The position numbers and the translations under genes were made by a program. From Eledone cirrhosa (Eukaryota), in NCBI GenBank assembly GCA_964016885.1, contig OZ024741.1, positions 375,224,001-375,288,000 on the forward strand: 64,000 nt of DNA, in the 5' to 3' direction. Of this stretch, positions 14,186 through 28,500 are shown piece after piece. The stretch's first letter is position 1. Each line of letters starts with the position of its first letter. The notes below the pieces were generated by a model, which ran no database searches, had not been told where the DNA came from, and saw only the letters and a program-made list of their open reading frames with translations.

Positions 14186-15614
14186 CAATGTCGGACTTGA
14201 ACCAAACACCACCTCTAGCATCAAACACCAGGGGCACACCTTATACCACATACCCAATACTAACTGATCTAATATAACACAAACAGCGACATCCCTCTAG
14301 AACCCTTCGCAGGGCGATTACCCATTTGTACCTCTACTTTAGGTGTGACAACATCCACCCACTTGAACTGCACTACACCGCTCTATAGGTAATTTAAGCA
14401 TGAATTGATTGTCTTGTTAGTGTTGTGCGGAGGAAGTGCCATCGTTGGACAGATGAAAAACGAATTAATCTAGTAACGTTGATGAGCAGTATGACCGGTA
14501 CGCTGAGTGCAGGGAATGAATGTATTGCAAGTGGCGTATGGGTTGTACATATATGGATGATTTGATGGTCAGATTGGGGTCATGAGGACTGCGGATTGAC
14601 CTCTGGTCGGCCCTGGTGATGATTATCCTTCGACATCCAATGTAGCAAGCGATGACCCAGAACTTACCAGAGATCATTGTGTGTTGAAGTGATTCTGCAA
14701 TCACCGCGCCTGGTCCTTTGAGTAGACTACAACCACAGAGATCATTAATTTAGAATCCTCGCTCGTCGTCTATAATATTCATTTGTGGCACCCTACGATG
14801 GGGGTTAATCACCATAATAATACGAACAACTTCAGCACAACTTAATAGACTACTCTATAGTTAAAACACTTTAAATTTTAGAAATTGTTTAGAAATTGCG
14901 CATAACCATAGAAGCTAGGGTCTATTTTGAGACACATTTCAATAGTTAGTAATAGAAACCTCGGAGTTACCTCCCCTCATGCATTAACTCCCCTTAACCA
15001 CACACACACTTCCGGGTAGTATTTCGATGTCGATTCTCGAAACGTAACATCCTCCTGTATTGAACTAAAGAACATCAGACTACGATTCTCTAACTGGATT
15101 GTCAAACGCTCAATATCGAATCGTCGTAGATTATGTGAGGGGCATATAATCTGAAAAATACACTCCCCAGACTATGAAAATGTCGAAGTACAAGAAGTCC
15201 ATATCATCCCTTCGCATTTCCAATATTTTTAATGCTTGCACTATTTTTAATGCTTATATTATTTCTCCACACACAGACTATAACAATCATATAAAGAATT
15301 TGTCACTAGATCAACCAACCTAACACTCTTGTTTACCTACTTAAGTGCTTCTACTACACGTAACTCTCTGCCACACTATATAAACAAGACGCACGTGCTT
15401 GCCACACATATAACCTTTGCACTATATAACCGCTTATTTTCATGTTGTATTTTAACCTGTATTTTTTATTGTATCTTTTAATATGAATGTAATCTCTAAG
15501 TGTGTACTGCCACTCTAAATGCTGTAATGAATGTTTACCCACAATATTTGCATATGTATCTGTATGTCTCTTGGGTGAAAAGGAGGTCATATAAGTGTTC
15601 ATTCATTAATAAAT

Positions 15615-15661
15615 TGCTCCGAAGAATCCAAACCTCGGTTTGGAGGAAACAGTTGTAAGCA
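15615..15661 (+). ncRNA. Minimal type I hammerhead ribozyme motif (U4C variant) in the PLE pLTR; inverted copy at 12760-12806 (-)
   Basis: tgct-CCGAAGA-a tccaaacc tc ggtttgga g-GAAA-cagttg-TA-agca. Confidence 0.65.
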
Positions 15662-15864
15662 TAAAAATGTTTTGAACAGTTCTTTGATTCTTATATTTCA
15701 TATAACTGCTCTGTAAATCATCTGATGTTTTTACATTGAGCTACTTAACTTACTGGTAATAAGGTAGTAATATATTACTGCCTACCACTATTTAGGGTTT
15801 GTATAAAAATATATATAACTGCAAAAAGTTTTTGTATTTACATAACCATAAATAGTATAATTAA

Positions 15865-15937
<73 letters not shown>

Positions 15938-15979
15938 CATATATATATATATACACATGCATACATACATACAAACACA

Positions 15980-16016
<37 letters not shown>

Positions 16017-16023
16017 ACACGCA

Positions 16024-16063
<40 letters not shown>

Positions 16064-16085
16064 AAATACATATATATATATATAT

Positions 16086-16205
16086 GTGAAGGCGTGTGGC
16101 TGAGCGGTTAGAGAATTGGATTCGCAATCGAAAGGTTGTGAGTTCGATTCCCGGACCAGGCGATGCGTTATGTCCTTGAGCAAGACACTTTATTTCACGT
16201 TGCTC
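16086..16205 (+). mobile_element. CORE-type SINE 5' part (family B)
   Basis: tggctgagcgg A box, gagttcgattcc B box, gtccttgagcaagacacttta. Confidence 0.8.
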
Positions 16206-16872
16206 CTTCTACCTGGAGTTGCGACCGATAGATAGTATTAGCAATTGGAAAGACCAACGGAAACATTGTTTCCTCGGTCCGATTTGACGAAAGTCGATCG
16301 TTCCTTTATATATATATATATGTCTCCGCCACGATGTTTCAGATGACTAAGCAGTTCGGGGGTTATTTCAGCTCGATATAAGCATGCATATTATAAATGC
16401 ATGTTTATTTTATCCATACAGAACAACCACTCCAATTACACATATACCTGTCGTTGCCTTAAATTGTACTTATTTTAAAGCTCAAAATAAATTTAGTTAC
16501 ACTTGAATATATTTATTCGACATTACATTTTTACATTAAAAAAAACAATAATATTCTTGGATATAAAATCTGATACTATATATTTTTAATAATAAAGTGC
16601 CAAATATTTTTAAATTTCCGTAAGAAATGTTTTAAATACTTTTATCATTTTCCAATGAAAGACACCGCCAAAGTATTTCAATTTAGAAATTAAACATAAT
16701 TTAGCTGATGTTTGGAACATAAATTAATAAAAAAAAATTTTTCATTAAAATATCAATGAAGGATTTAATATAAATTTGAGCGTTTTAAATCAAACAGTTT
16801 TATACCATAGAGGGGCGGTTTCAGGCAGGTTATCAAAAGGGTTAGTAAATATATGGATCCTTCATAACATAC

Positions 16873-17128
16873 TGAAGGCGCGTGGCTTATGGTAAAGATT
16901 TTAGAATGATGATTGAATTGTCATGCGATCGATTCCTGGCAACGCGTTGTGTCCTTGGGCTAGGCACTTTGTTTCTCGTTGCTCTAGTCCACTCAACTGG
17001 TAAATATGAGTTGTACCTGAAATTCAAAGGTCCAATCTTGTCACACACCATGTCACATTGGATCTCCCTGAGAGCTGTTTCATTGGTCAAACAAGTGGAA
17101 CACTCGCCGTCGGAATTGATAGAGGTCT
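16873..17128 (+). mobile_element. CORE-type SINE (family B subfamily)
   Basis: tRNA-like head and tgtccttgggctaggcacttt. Related copies at 32160-32400 (+) and 37500-37770 (-). Confidence 0.7.
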
Positions 17129-17319
17129 AACACACACATCACACACCATAACATAACATAACATTATTTGTAAATTTAAAACAAATTTAATTTGGATTTA
17201 AAACCAAACTCGTTGTCTTCCATATTAAACATGTGCCTTCGTTTGGAAGCCGTAACATTCATAAAAACTCATGTCGTGAACAAAACTTCTTTATGGAGCT
17301 TTATAGAATCTTTAAATAG

Positions 17320-17830
17320 AGAGCATGTAACGATAGAAAGTATGTATTATGGAGAGTATGTATAATAGAGAATACGTTTGGTGGCGAGTACGTATAATGG
17401 AGAGTATGTATGACAGATAGTACGTATAATGGAGAGTATGTATGATATTGAGTATGTAGGATAGAGAGTATTATGATATAGAGTACGTACGATAGAGAGT
17501 ACGTATGATAGAGTGTACTATGATAGAGAGTATGTACAATAAAGAGTATTTATGATATAGAGTACATATGATAGAAATTACGTATTATAGAGAGTACAAT
17601 AGAGAATACATGATAGCGAGTACGTATGTATGTATGTATGTATGTATGTATGTATGTATGTATGTATGTACGTTTGTTTGTATGTATGTATGTACGTGCG
17701 TACGCATGTATGTATGTACGTACGCATATATGTATGTACGTACGTACGCATGCATGCATGCATGCATGCATGTATGTATGTATGTATGTATGTATGTATG
17801 TATGTATGTATGTATGTATGTATGTATGTT
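17320..17830. repeat. Degenerate ~16-bp minisatellite (tatgatagagagtacg) grading into (TATG)n
   Basis: Direct inspection. Confidence 0.85.
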
Positions 17831-18425
17831 AAATATTGTTATCAACTATTCTTCATTATTCCAAAGTCAAGTCCTGTTTACATTTTGTATCGAACAGGAC
17901 TACAACAAATCGGCGTCTTCCAAAGTCAACAATAACCCAAGTGAGAAACCAATAAAACATTTCATCACTTGACACAAACAGCCTTCATAATGATGTATTT
18001 ACTATTCCATTATGGACGTTAACATTTCATACACTACATTTATTCACTGCATCTGTACAGTTATATGAATCGTTTTTTTTTACAATATTTTTTCCTGTTT
18101 CTTCCAAATATATATATACTAATTCTTTTGACTCATTATTTTTGCCTAAATAAATGTATATTTTGTAAAAAAAAAAATGAAAATAAAATAAAATAAAATA
18201 TATTTATCGATATATGTATGCCATGATTATTGTTGTATACAATAAGAGTAAATATGAATTTCTATGAATGAAAATTTGCTATTTCTTTGGATTAATAAAC
18301 TTCGTATTCAATGGTGCTTCAAAACAGTCTTCACTTGTATTTTTTTTTCTTATTTTGTGAATGAAATTTAGTGGAAAACCATCACCATCACACACACACA
18401 CACACATACATTAATACATACATAA

Positions 18426-18486
<61 letters not shown>

Positions 18487-18487
<1 letters not shown>

Positions 18488-19401
18488 GCAGCAGTACCCA
18501 GCGTTACCCGGGTAGGTAAAATAATATCTGCTTTGATAAAAAGGTGTTGATCTTAGCGACTGCGTGTTTCTTGAAAATCAGTCGTAAGGTGTAGCAAATG
18601 GCGAAATGTTGAGTGAAATCGTATGGAATATGTGGGAGGTGGAAAAAATCGTATTTTGAAGAGTTAAACGGCTGCCACGCCGCCCCTGAACAAAAAATGC
18701 AAAGTGTAAAGCTACTATAGGATGTGCAATGATAGGTTCTATCGTAGTATAAAAGTTGAACCAAATAAATTGATTTATATGTGAGGTGGAGCCGAAGTTT
18801 CGAATTTGAACGAAATCGGTTGAAAAATGTGGGAGCTAGAGCCGAAAAGGCAGAAATTTGAGCGAAAAGGTGGTATTTTCGAATATTTAAGCGGCTGCCA
18901 CGCCGTTCCTGAACAAGAAATCCAAAATGTAAAGCCATTTTAAGACGTGAAATAATCAGATCTAGCGTAGTGTAAAATTTGAACAAATTAGGTTGATTAA
19001 TGTGGGAGCTAGAGCCGAAAAAGTGGAAATTTGAGTCTAAAAGTGGTATTTTTGAATATTTAAGCGACTGCCACACCGTCCCTGAACAACAAATACAAAA
19101 TATAAAGCTATTACAGGATGTGCAATGATAAATTCTATTTTGCTTTAAAATTTGAACGAAATCGGTGGCAAAATGTGGGAGCTAGAGTCAAAAATCTTAT
19201 TTTTCGATATCTAAAAAAAGGTGACCCCCCCCCCCCTATCGATTTTTATCTGCAGAATGACCCCGGAATAAAAAAAAAAAAACGATATGCTGATATATAG
19301 AAAACACTCCCCGATGACTAATCTATGAGCCTGTAAAGTTTCATGAAAATCGGATGTAGGCCCCTATAGGTAATACACAGACACACACACATACTTAATT
19401 T

Positions 19402-19410
<9 letters not shown>
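18487..19410 (-). mobile_element. Non-autonomous Helitron-like element with internal ~174-bp tandem repeats
   Basis: Terminal hairpin cccgggtaacgctggg at one end and aagtttcatgaaaatcgg...(CA)n...tatata at the other. tgtgggagctagag recurs at about 18828, 19002 and 19174. Confidence 0.6.
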
Positions 19411-19496
<86 letters not shown>

Positions 19497-19749
19497 GTAA
19501 TAATAAAACAACAAAACAAACAGTACTGTACATAGAAGAAATATATTAGTTTAACGGTTGAAATAGCAAGAAGAGAGTCCTAACGTTTCGGATACTAGTC
19601 CTTCACCAGAATATAGAGTTAGAAATAGAAGATAAATAGAAAGTAAAGAGTGATGAGAGGAAGGAGCGGGGAAAATAAGAAAATACATTGAAGAGAGAAA
19701 AATCACATGTGCGTATTCGGTTGGCCATCTTGGAATATATATATATATA

Positions 19750-21400
19750 TCTTTTTTGTCCACTTGTTCCTGGGAGGGTCGTGGTGACAGAGTCTTAGGC
19801 ATGTCTTCGAACGGGTTCTGTCAGAAGCAACTGGCTCCAATTAATCTGGCTGGATCCACAAGCGAGGCCAACTAAGCTAAAGGGTGTTATTCGATCATCT
19901 TGCTCGGAGTGCATACCACAAGTTCCTCAGTCTTCACAGTACTAATTTTTATTCCTGTCCTGCAGCACTCAACAGTAAACTTATCAAGAGCAAGTCAGAG
20001 ATGACCTTCCAACGAGTAAAGTAATACCATGTCGTCTGTAAATTCCAGCTGACTAATCGTACGATTAGTCTTGATACCACTTCCAATCTGGCTGTCAATC
20101 CTATGCATGACTATTATGAACAGGAGAGGTGACAGTATGCACCCTTGGTGGAGTCCGACACCCACATTGAATGGATTCGACTTAGCCCCATTTATCCAAA
20201 CACAAATACTAAGGTATATAGACATCAAGAAGATGACCATCAATTCCATACTCCTGCAGAACCTTCCATACCTCTTCGAGGCATATGACTAAACAAGCAT
20301 ATAGATCTTGGCAATATTCCCACGATTTTTCAAAGACCTGTCACAGTGTGAATATTTGGTCGGCTGTGCTGCGTCTGGGGCGAAAATCAGTGCTCGTCAG
20401 CTAGTTTGGACTCAACAATATCCCTACATCTCTTTGCTAGACACTTAGCTTAGACTTTACCGAGGAGCCCCCACCACTGTAATTGGAACAATCTCTCTTG
20501 TCTCAGTTTTTGAAAATTGGGATTATCACTCCTGATTGTCATTGCTTAGGTGTTTTTCCAGAGATCCAGCATACACAAGTCAACCAGAGAATACCTCTAT
20601 TTTATAGCTTTTAACATCTCGTCTGAATTTCATCTTCCCCAAAGTCATTACCACATTTAAACTCTTTAATTACTCTTGTGACCTCAGCCTCTAAGAGGTT
20701 AGTCATCGCTCCTAGATGCACCCTGTGTACATGTTGTTGTGACCGGTTTTAGATGAGCAAAGTATTCTCTCCACCTCGTGAGGATGCATGTCTCTGAAGA
20801 GAGGAGAACAACAGATGTGTTCCTGATAGCAGATGCAGAGGAGGATTTCTTATTACAAAGTCTTTATTTGCTGATCTGAAGTCAAATTCCAGCTTAACCC
20901 CAAAGTCCTCCCACAATCTCTGCTGCAACATTTTGCACCCGTTTGTCTTGCAAGTGCAAGAAGGACTTATTTCTAAGCTTTCTTCTTTGCTCAGATGGCA
21001 TCTTTGACCTCTTGATTGAACCAACGGTTCTCCTGCCACATCAAGCTGCTTTTGCCATCATCATTTAACAGCTGGAGCAGAAACTGTTGAGCTGGACAGT
21101 TTCCACTCTTGTTTCAATGTCCTGAGTTTGCTCAAGGAGTTCTCTGAATTTGGATGCAATTGTATTTGCTTACCTGTTCTTGATTTCCTTATCTGCCAGT
21201 GCTTCCCACTTTGCTTAAGGCAGTTTCAGGCTGCAGATAACTAGATGGTGAAGAGTTGACAGCTCATCTCCTCTCTTACACGAACATCCAACCAGAATCA
21301 AAGAGATTAGATACAATAACAAAATCAATTATTGATCTCTGTCCCCAGTTTCCCTTACACCATATGTATTTGTGGATGTCTTTGTGCTGGTAGGTGTTCA
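19750..21400 (-). mobile_element. Degenerate Expander/Rex3-like RTE LINE, abutted by a less degenerate RTE copy at 21401
   Basis: RT GVGLHQGCILSPLLFII...LEFTDDMVLL and endonuclease end QRSIIDFVIVS. The 3' end is homologous to 8250-8370. Confidence 0.8.
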
Positions 21401-23886
21401 ATCATCATCATCATCGTTTAACGTCCATATTCCACGCTTGCATGGGTCTGGACGGGAGTTTTCCCACTTGAGGCAAGAGTGGTTGTCTTGCTCGCATAGG
21501 ACTGTCTGGCGGGTTTTCTACGGCTGGATACGCTTCCTAACACCAACCACATTTACAGTGTGGAACTGGGAGGTTTTTACCGTGTTACCTACACGGCCAC
21601 ATTACAGTGTGGACTGTGTGTTTTTTGTCGTGACACCTACACGACCTCATTTGTTTCGGGCTGGATGTTGTGGTACCAACATAACTTTACATTGAAAGGG
21701 GTGGTGTGGATGGGGTGGGGGAAGTGGGACGGGGGTGTATTTTGTTAGAGGTGCCTACTGACTGTAGTAGGTTTCACTTTGTACTTAGGTAAGGCGGGTC
21801 TTCACTATTACTGTGTAGCGCCAAAGATCTCGGTCCAGTGATATTGTCTTGGAGAGGTGTAGGTGTGTGAGGTCGGAATTTATCAAGTCGTCCCAGGTTT
21901 TTCTGGGTCTGCCTACTCCGTGGCTACCGTCTATTTTTATTGCCCTGCACTTTTTTATACAGCTGTCGTCTTTCATGCGCATCACGTGACCATACCAACG
22001 TAGTCTTCTCTCGAGTAAACAACATCTGATCCCTCTTATTTCTAATTTTTCCCTTAGTTCGTTTATGCTTTGCCGTTCACGTATATTACTATTACACATC
22101 CAGCGGAGCATGCAAGCTTCGTTCCTCTCCAGTCTGCGTATATCCTCTGCACACAATGCCATGCAACATTGCTGTTCGTATGCAGGCATCATACAGCCTG
22201 CCTTTCATTTTTAGGGAGAACCCTTTAGCGGCTAATAGTGGTATAAGCTCTCTGAACTTTTTCCATCCAGTTCTGACTCTAGCTACTGTACTTTCAGAGC
22301 ACCCTCCCCCACTGCTGATTTTGTCACCCAGGTAAGGGAAGCTGTCCACTATTTCTATAGAACCATCTGTGCAATGGAATGAGCTAGTATTCAGTGGGCA
22401 CTTGCTGCTACTTATTGCACCAGAGCACCGGCCACATATAAAATCTATGTTCTTAGTTAACTTACCTGTGATCCCACTACATCTTTTATGCACCCATACT
22501 TTGCATTTGGGACATAAAATGGAGTTTCTACCTACTCCTTTCCTACACACTGAACATGGCCATTTCCCGGATAGGACCGGCGCCCTATTTCCCTTCCTAC
22601 AAACTAGAACTTTAGTCTTAGACAGGTTAATTTTAAGGCCTTTTGATTCTAGGCCATGCTTCCATGTTTGGAATTTCTTCTCTAGTTCGGCCATTGATTC
22701 AGCTATGAGCATTAGATCATCTGCGTATAGGAGTTCCCATGGGCAGCCGGTCTTGAACTCCACTGTTATAGCCTGAAGGGCAATAATAAATAGTAGGGGG
22801 CTAAGAACGGAGCTCTGATGAACACCAACTTTTACGCTAAACTCTTCACTATATTCGTTGTTAATTCTAACCTTGCTGACTGTTTCTTTATACATGGCTT
22901 GTATAGCTCTCACAAGCCATTCATCAACACCTAGTTTTCTAAGAGCCCACCAGATAATGGAACGGGGGACTCTGTCGAAGGCTTTCTCCAAGTCGACAAA
23001 AGCTAAGTATAGGGGTTTACTTTTAGCTAGGTACTTCTCCTGTAGTTGTCGTACAATGAAAAGAGCGTCTGTGGTACTTTTACCTGACACAAACCCAAAC
23101 TGCATTTCATCTAGATCAATTCTCTCTCTGATTAGCTGCGCTATTACTTTGTCTGTGACCTTCATGACCTGGTCGATTAATTTAATGCCTCTATAGTTAC
23201 TCCTATCTAGGGCATCTCTTTTACCCTTGTAGCAGTTAATGATGATGCTGCTACGCCAGTCCTTCGGAACAACCCCATTCTGTATGACTTGGTTTACTAT
23301 CCGGGTGACCATGGTGTGTCCCACCGTTCCAGAACCTTTCAGCATTTCAGCAACTATTTCCGAAGGCCCAGCCACCTTACCCGTCTTCATGTTTTTGATT
23401 GCCTTACTTATTATACTACCTTCGACTAACACTGCTGGTCCCTCTATTGGGTCGATGTGGGGGACTGTCTTTCTCCCATTTACTCTCCTCATTTAGTAGC
23501 CTTTCGTAGTGACACTTCCTAGCTACCTTCTTATCAGCGTCAGTGATGGCAAGTACACCATCATCATTAAGGACACACTTCTCCCTGACAATATCACGGT
23601 TTTCCTTGACACATTGCCTAGCAATCCTGAACACCTCATGTTGTAGAACATGCTTGAAATTTCTTTCCTCTGCTTCCCTTCTTGCGAAGTACACTTGTCT
23701 CCTAGCTTCCCTCCTGGCCACTTGATAGTCTTCTCTACTTCCCCCATCCCGCCATACTTTCCAAGCCTGCTTTTTGGCCTTAATTGACTCCTCCACCTTA
23801 CTGTTCCACCACCATGTTACTCTCCTCCTGCCTATAGGCCTGCTCCAACCACAGACTTCGTCTGCCGCCATCAGCAGGTTTGCTTT

Positions 23887-23888
<2 letters not shown>
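21401..23888 (-). mobile_element. RTE LINE copy 1 (5'-truncated; RT with embedded PHD-type finger; (GAT)n tail)
   Basis: NYRGIKL, QFGF, AFVDLEKAFD, LYADD, LRWYGHVMRM and GRPRKTW, with frameshifts. Confidence 0.93.
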
Positions 23889-23922
<34 letters not shown>

Positions 23923-24214
23923 CATTTGTTTAGGCTATTTATTACCAATAGGTAGAACCAGAGGTTGCAGTAAGTAAACGATGATGCAACAAATTAATTA
24001 AAGCACTCAACGTTATGCAAATCATCCGTCGTAGATGTGGTATCCAGTGGCTGATGCAGGAACGGAGTAAAGTATTCATTAAAACAACAGAAGGCCTGAC
24101 TGGAAAATTTACTTTAGAATTTTAATTCCACGAAAGCATTGTACATATTCCGATGACCCAGCTCTATCATGCAATTATGATGCAAGATAACTATGGTGTT
24201 ATATCGACAGCAGA

Positions 24215-24605
24215 CGATCCCTGAATTCGGAGACCATCTGCGATGAATTGGATTCTTCACGTACGACAATGCACCGTCATTGAGCTCTCTTCACTTGTGA
24301 GTTTCTCGACAAAAAAAACGTATCGCTTCTGCTCCCGCCCTATTTGCTAGATTTAGCACCGGCAGACTTCCATTCTTCTCCAAGCTGAAAATGCAGCTCA
24401 GAGGTCGCTGTTTTAACACCATTGTTGATGTCCAGAATGAATCGCAGAAGGTCCTCGACTCACTTACAGAAAGCAACTTCCAGGCTGGATTCGAAAGTGG
24501 CAGGAACGCAGTGACTATTTCAAAGGAAATGATGATAAAACTTACGTAAATATATTAGATTTTTTAAACATCACTAGTCCGGGAACTTTTTGATATCACC
24601 TCCTA
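24215..24605 (+). mobile_element. Mariner transposon 3' part (C-terminal catalytic region plus TIR)
   Basis: DNAPS...PPYLLDLAPADF...KLKMQLRGRCFNTIVDVQNESQKVLDSL; TIR agtccgggaactttttgatatcacctc. Confidence 0.85.
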
Positions 24606-24854
24606 TGTATGCATATTTAAAAAAATTCTTTTATGAAATAATATTGAAATACACCTGGTACACTCTGCAGAGTGCTATAATGTATGTAAGCAAGAAGTTG
24701 GCCCCTTGCATGACTGAGAGGTCAGTAGCCGTTTAAGTAGTGACTTAGTCTGTGATGACCCATTCAACCCTTGCTAGCTAGAAAAAAGGATGTTAAATGA
24801 TAATGATGATTCCATTTCATAAAATAATAATTGATTAGAGTAGTTAATTCACAA

Positions 24855-25135
24855 ATATCCCATGACATACCAGTCTAGTTAAGTCATCAATACCCCATGA
24901 CCTACCAGACAAGTCATCAATATCCCATGACATGTCAGACTAGTCATCAATACTCCATGACCTACCAGACAAGTTGTCATCAATATCCCATGACATGTCA
25001 GACTAGTTAAGTCATCAATACCCCATGACATGCAAGACTAGTTAAGTCATCAATACCCCATGACATGTGAGACTAGATAAGTCATCAATACCTCATGACC
25101 TACCAGATTAAAGTTATCAATATCCTACATGACGG
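24855..25135. repeat. ~32-37-bp minisatellite (agtcatcaataccccatgacctaccagac..), about 8 copies, just downstream of the SRP19 stop
   Basis: Direct inspection. Confidence 0.9.
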
Positions 25136-25395
25136 ATGAGTTAAGTCCCTTAAACTTGGTGTCCTTCCCCATGGCCTCAGTCAAATGGCTGAAACCATTA
25201 AAAGAATAAAATAGATATGGTATATATGGTACATAGGATATATAAAAGAAATGTCTTTTTTTATACTTATAAATTTATCTTCAATTAATTTGGTTAATCA
25301 AACAAGACAAAAAGCAATAGACTACAGGAATAAATTTTAAATGACACTAGTTAATTCACTTCAGCTTTATTATTATCATTAATTATGGTCACTAA

Positions 25396-25532
25396 TTAGC
25401 GACCTTTTTTCCCTTTTTTCTTTGGTCCTTTACCACCTTGTTGTTGACTTGAAGACTGAGAGCTGGACTGAGACTGCTGCCTGGTCTTCAGTTTTGGAAT
25501 AGTTTTGGCAACATACAAGAAGATATCATTCC
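25396..25532 (-). CDS. SRP19: SRP19 coding exon 5 (to stop)
   Basis: Acceptor ttttttag, encodes (R)NDIFLYVAKTIPKLKTR...KKGKKGR-TAA. An AATAAA lies on the minus strand at 25366-25371 (possible polyA signal). Confidence 0.95.
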
Positions 25533-28500
25533 CTAAAAAACATGAATTTATAAGAATTGTGGATTAACTATACTAACATGTATATAGATTTAGAATGAGA
25601 TATATTAAGAAATACAGAACAAAAGATACCAGGAAATATATTTAGTAGCAATTACCCCTACTTGTTCAGTTTACTTGTATCTATCTGATTTATTTCACCA
25701 TCATATTTCTAAGCATATTGTCAATGTGTTTCAATTTATTTTTTTGAATAATCAAATATTTTGAGGAGTTTAGTCAAATATTTAACTTCTTCATTAATAA
25801 ACTTGTGTTTGAGACATCACTTAACAAATGTCTTACATTAAATAATGATAGGTTTTAATATATTTATTAAATCAATTTATACATCTGTATAGAGATAGTA
25901 AGCTGCAACAAACTAGGGGAAGTATCTAGTACTTCTTAACATTAAGAAACAAAAAACAACATATACGGAAATAAATGAACAGAAAAAAAAATATATATTA
26001 AAAAAAGTAATAGCACTTTATATTAGATAATTAGGGATGGTTTCAGGCAAGCAAGGGTTAGGGTTAAATCCATTGGTAAATATATAACATTTTTTGAACA
26101 AAAATTCCTAGATTATGTAATGGTAATTTATTTCATTTAAATGGATCAAAATTATCAAGTCTGTTTAGCAGGCATGTTTTATGTAGAGCCAGTGTATTAT
26201 AGTAAATTATCTCTGATGCTGTACCTCTTAGTGAAAATACTCTTTATAGCCTATACCTGAGATCCCCAAATGTTTTAGACATCAACCCCTTCAGGGAACC
26301 CTTGACCCTTCATTGACCTCCAAGTATGTACAAAAATAAATTGATAAATAATTATATATAAATCAGGAACCTGTATAAGTTGTATTCTATTGTATTATTT
26401 TATGTATTTTTATTTCTTACACAAATACCAGGTTTTGACCTGAAAGTTCAATTGGCCTCTTAGATAACTCCATTGACTCCTGGTTAGTTGCATATGCCCC
26501 TGGAGTTGATATCAGTCACTTTAGGGACTCATGATGCTGAAAAGTCTAAAAGCCTAAAAACCGTCTTGAGCCCGGAGGATCATCAGGTTGATGCTTATCC
26601 CAATTTCTGCAGGGTGAAGTGACAGAAGACAAGACTTCCCTGTGGACAGAATGCCAGTCTATTACAGGGTTAAACCCCCAGCTATTGCTGGTACTCATTT
26701 TCAGCTCAGTATACTGGAGCAACATGAAATGAAGTGTTTTGCTCAAAAACACAACACAACTCTTTTCAGGATCGAACCCACATTTTGATAGTAAGTCCAA
26801 CACACTTACCACTAGGCCATATGCCTCCACTTTTATTAATAATATCTAAATAAATTTACATTATAGTTTCTTTTTATTTTAGTCTGTTTCATCATGGTCA
26901 TTTGTCAGGAAAACCTGGGCCGAATACACAACATTATGAACATTTGGCATGTCGGTAGAGCGTCAGACACCATGCTTTGCAGCATAGAGTTATGGCTCTT
27001 TATGTTCTGAGTTCAAATCCCACTGAGGTTAACTTTGCCTTACATCCTTACGGGGTCGATAAAATAAAGCACCAGTAATGCACTGGGGTAATTGCTGGCC
27101 TTGTGCCAAAAGTAGAAACAATTATGATCATAAGTCCAACACCCTAACCACAAGGCCATGCACCTCTGATGTTGTACCACAGAGTGAAAAATAGTCTGTG
27201 CAGTCTGTATAAATTACTCAACTTAAGTTATCTTTTAAAACAATTTTACATCAAATTTCCCATGCCAAAATCTGTTACAGCATACTGACACAGCTTTTTT
27301 TGCAAATTTTGACATTTATATTAATTGCTTTCAAACTGTATTTCCTTCTTAATAATAACTATAAAGTTAAATATTCTAAAACAAAAGACATTACTGAAGT
27401 GGTTGACTATAAAACAGGATATAAGTTCTAATATAATACAACTAGCAAAACAAACATGTGAACAACCAAAGCTATTTACACACTTATGTATTCTTTTGCC
27501 ACTGTGGGGAGGCTGAGGATAACATTTGATACAGTATCAATTATTAAACACCGCTGTCCTTAGAAATAAGAACAGAAATAACGGCTAAAAAAATAACTGA
27601 AGCAAAGAATTTAGCAAGTTTTAATCCCCTTGTTGCCAACACCAGCTCTGATTCTATGAAATAAAATCACCCATTTTAACCCTTTAATATTTACATTACT
27701 CTATATATACTATTGTATTTTCGTGGTAAAAGCTTTATCTCATATAACATCGAATCTATGAGATTTTGATATTATTTATTTTGAGAACAATACCTTAACA
27801 TCAGTATGAGTGGTCAGTTACAGACAGTTTGAACAGAAAGAGGTGAGAAAATTCTAGCCGGATACAGCTGATTTAAATGCTAAATGGTTAAAGGTTTCCA
27901 ATTTCAATTAAAATCTTCCAGCATAATTTTATATAAGAACCTTACATTAAGTTATTATCTTAATAATGAAATACCTGATAATTTTAGCAAATCATTCAAA
28001 ATTCTTCATTAACTAACAGAAATAAAGTATTTCATTAGAAATATGGTCATGAAAGGGTTAAATTACTATTTCACTATAATTTGATTTATGGTTTACTGTA
28101 ATAGTGTGGTAAAAGGTGGCAGAATCATTAGAGGATTGGACAAAATGCTTTGCTGTATATATTCCAGTTCTTTACGTTTTATGTTCGAGTCCCACCGATG
28201 TTAAATTTCATTTTTCATGGATGGGGGTGGGTAATGTTGGAAATGTCGATAAAATAAGGTACCAGGTCGATTTAATCGACTTTTTCCTTTTAAAACAATT
28301 GCATGCAAGTTAATGTACCACATCCTTTAAGGGAGATAACTTCATAATAACAATATCAGTCAGCCGAGAAGGATTTAAAGCAGTTCCTTCCCCAGCTAAT
28401 TCTTTCATACAAGTTCCAAAATAATTTGATTATTAAATATTCAAATAAGAATTAATCATGTAGTTGCAAATTACATGATCTCAATTATCTAACATTAAAT

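Noticed and set aside
28356-28410. Intronic C/D snoRNA or SECIS-like hairpin
   Set aside because: A 12-bp stem and CTGA are present, but there is no proper C box or AUGA quartet in register, and it is too short.
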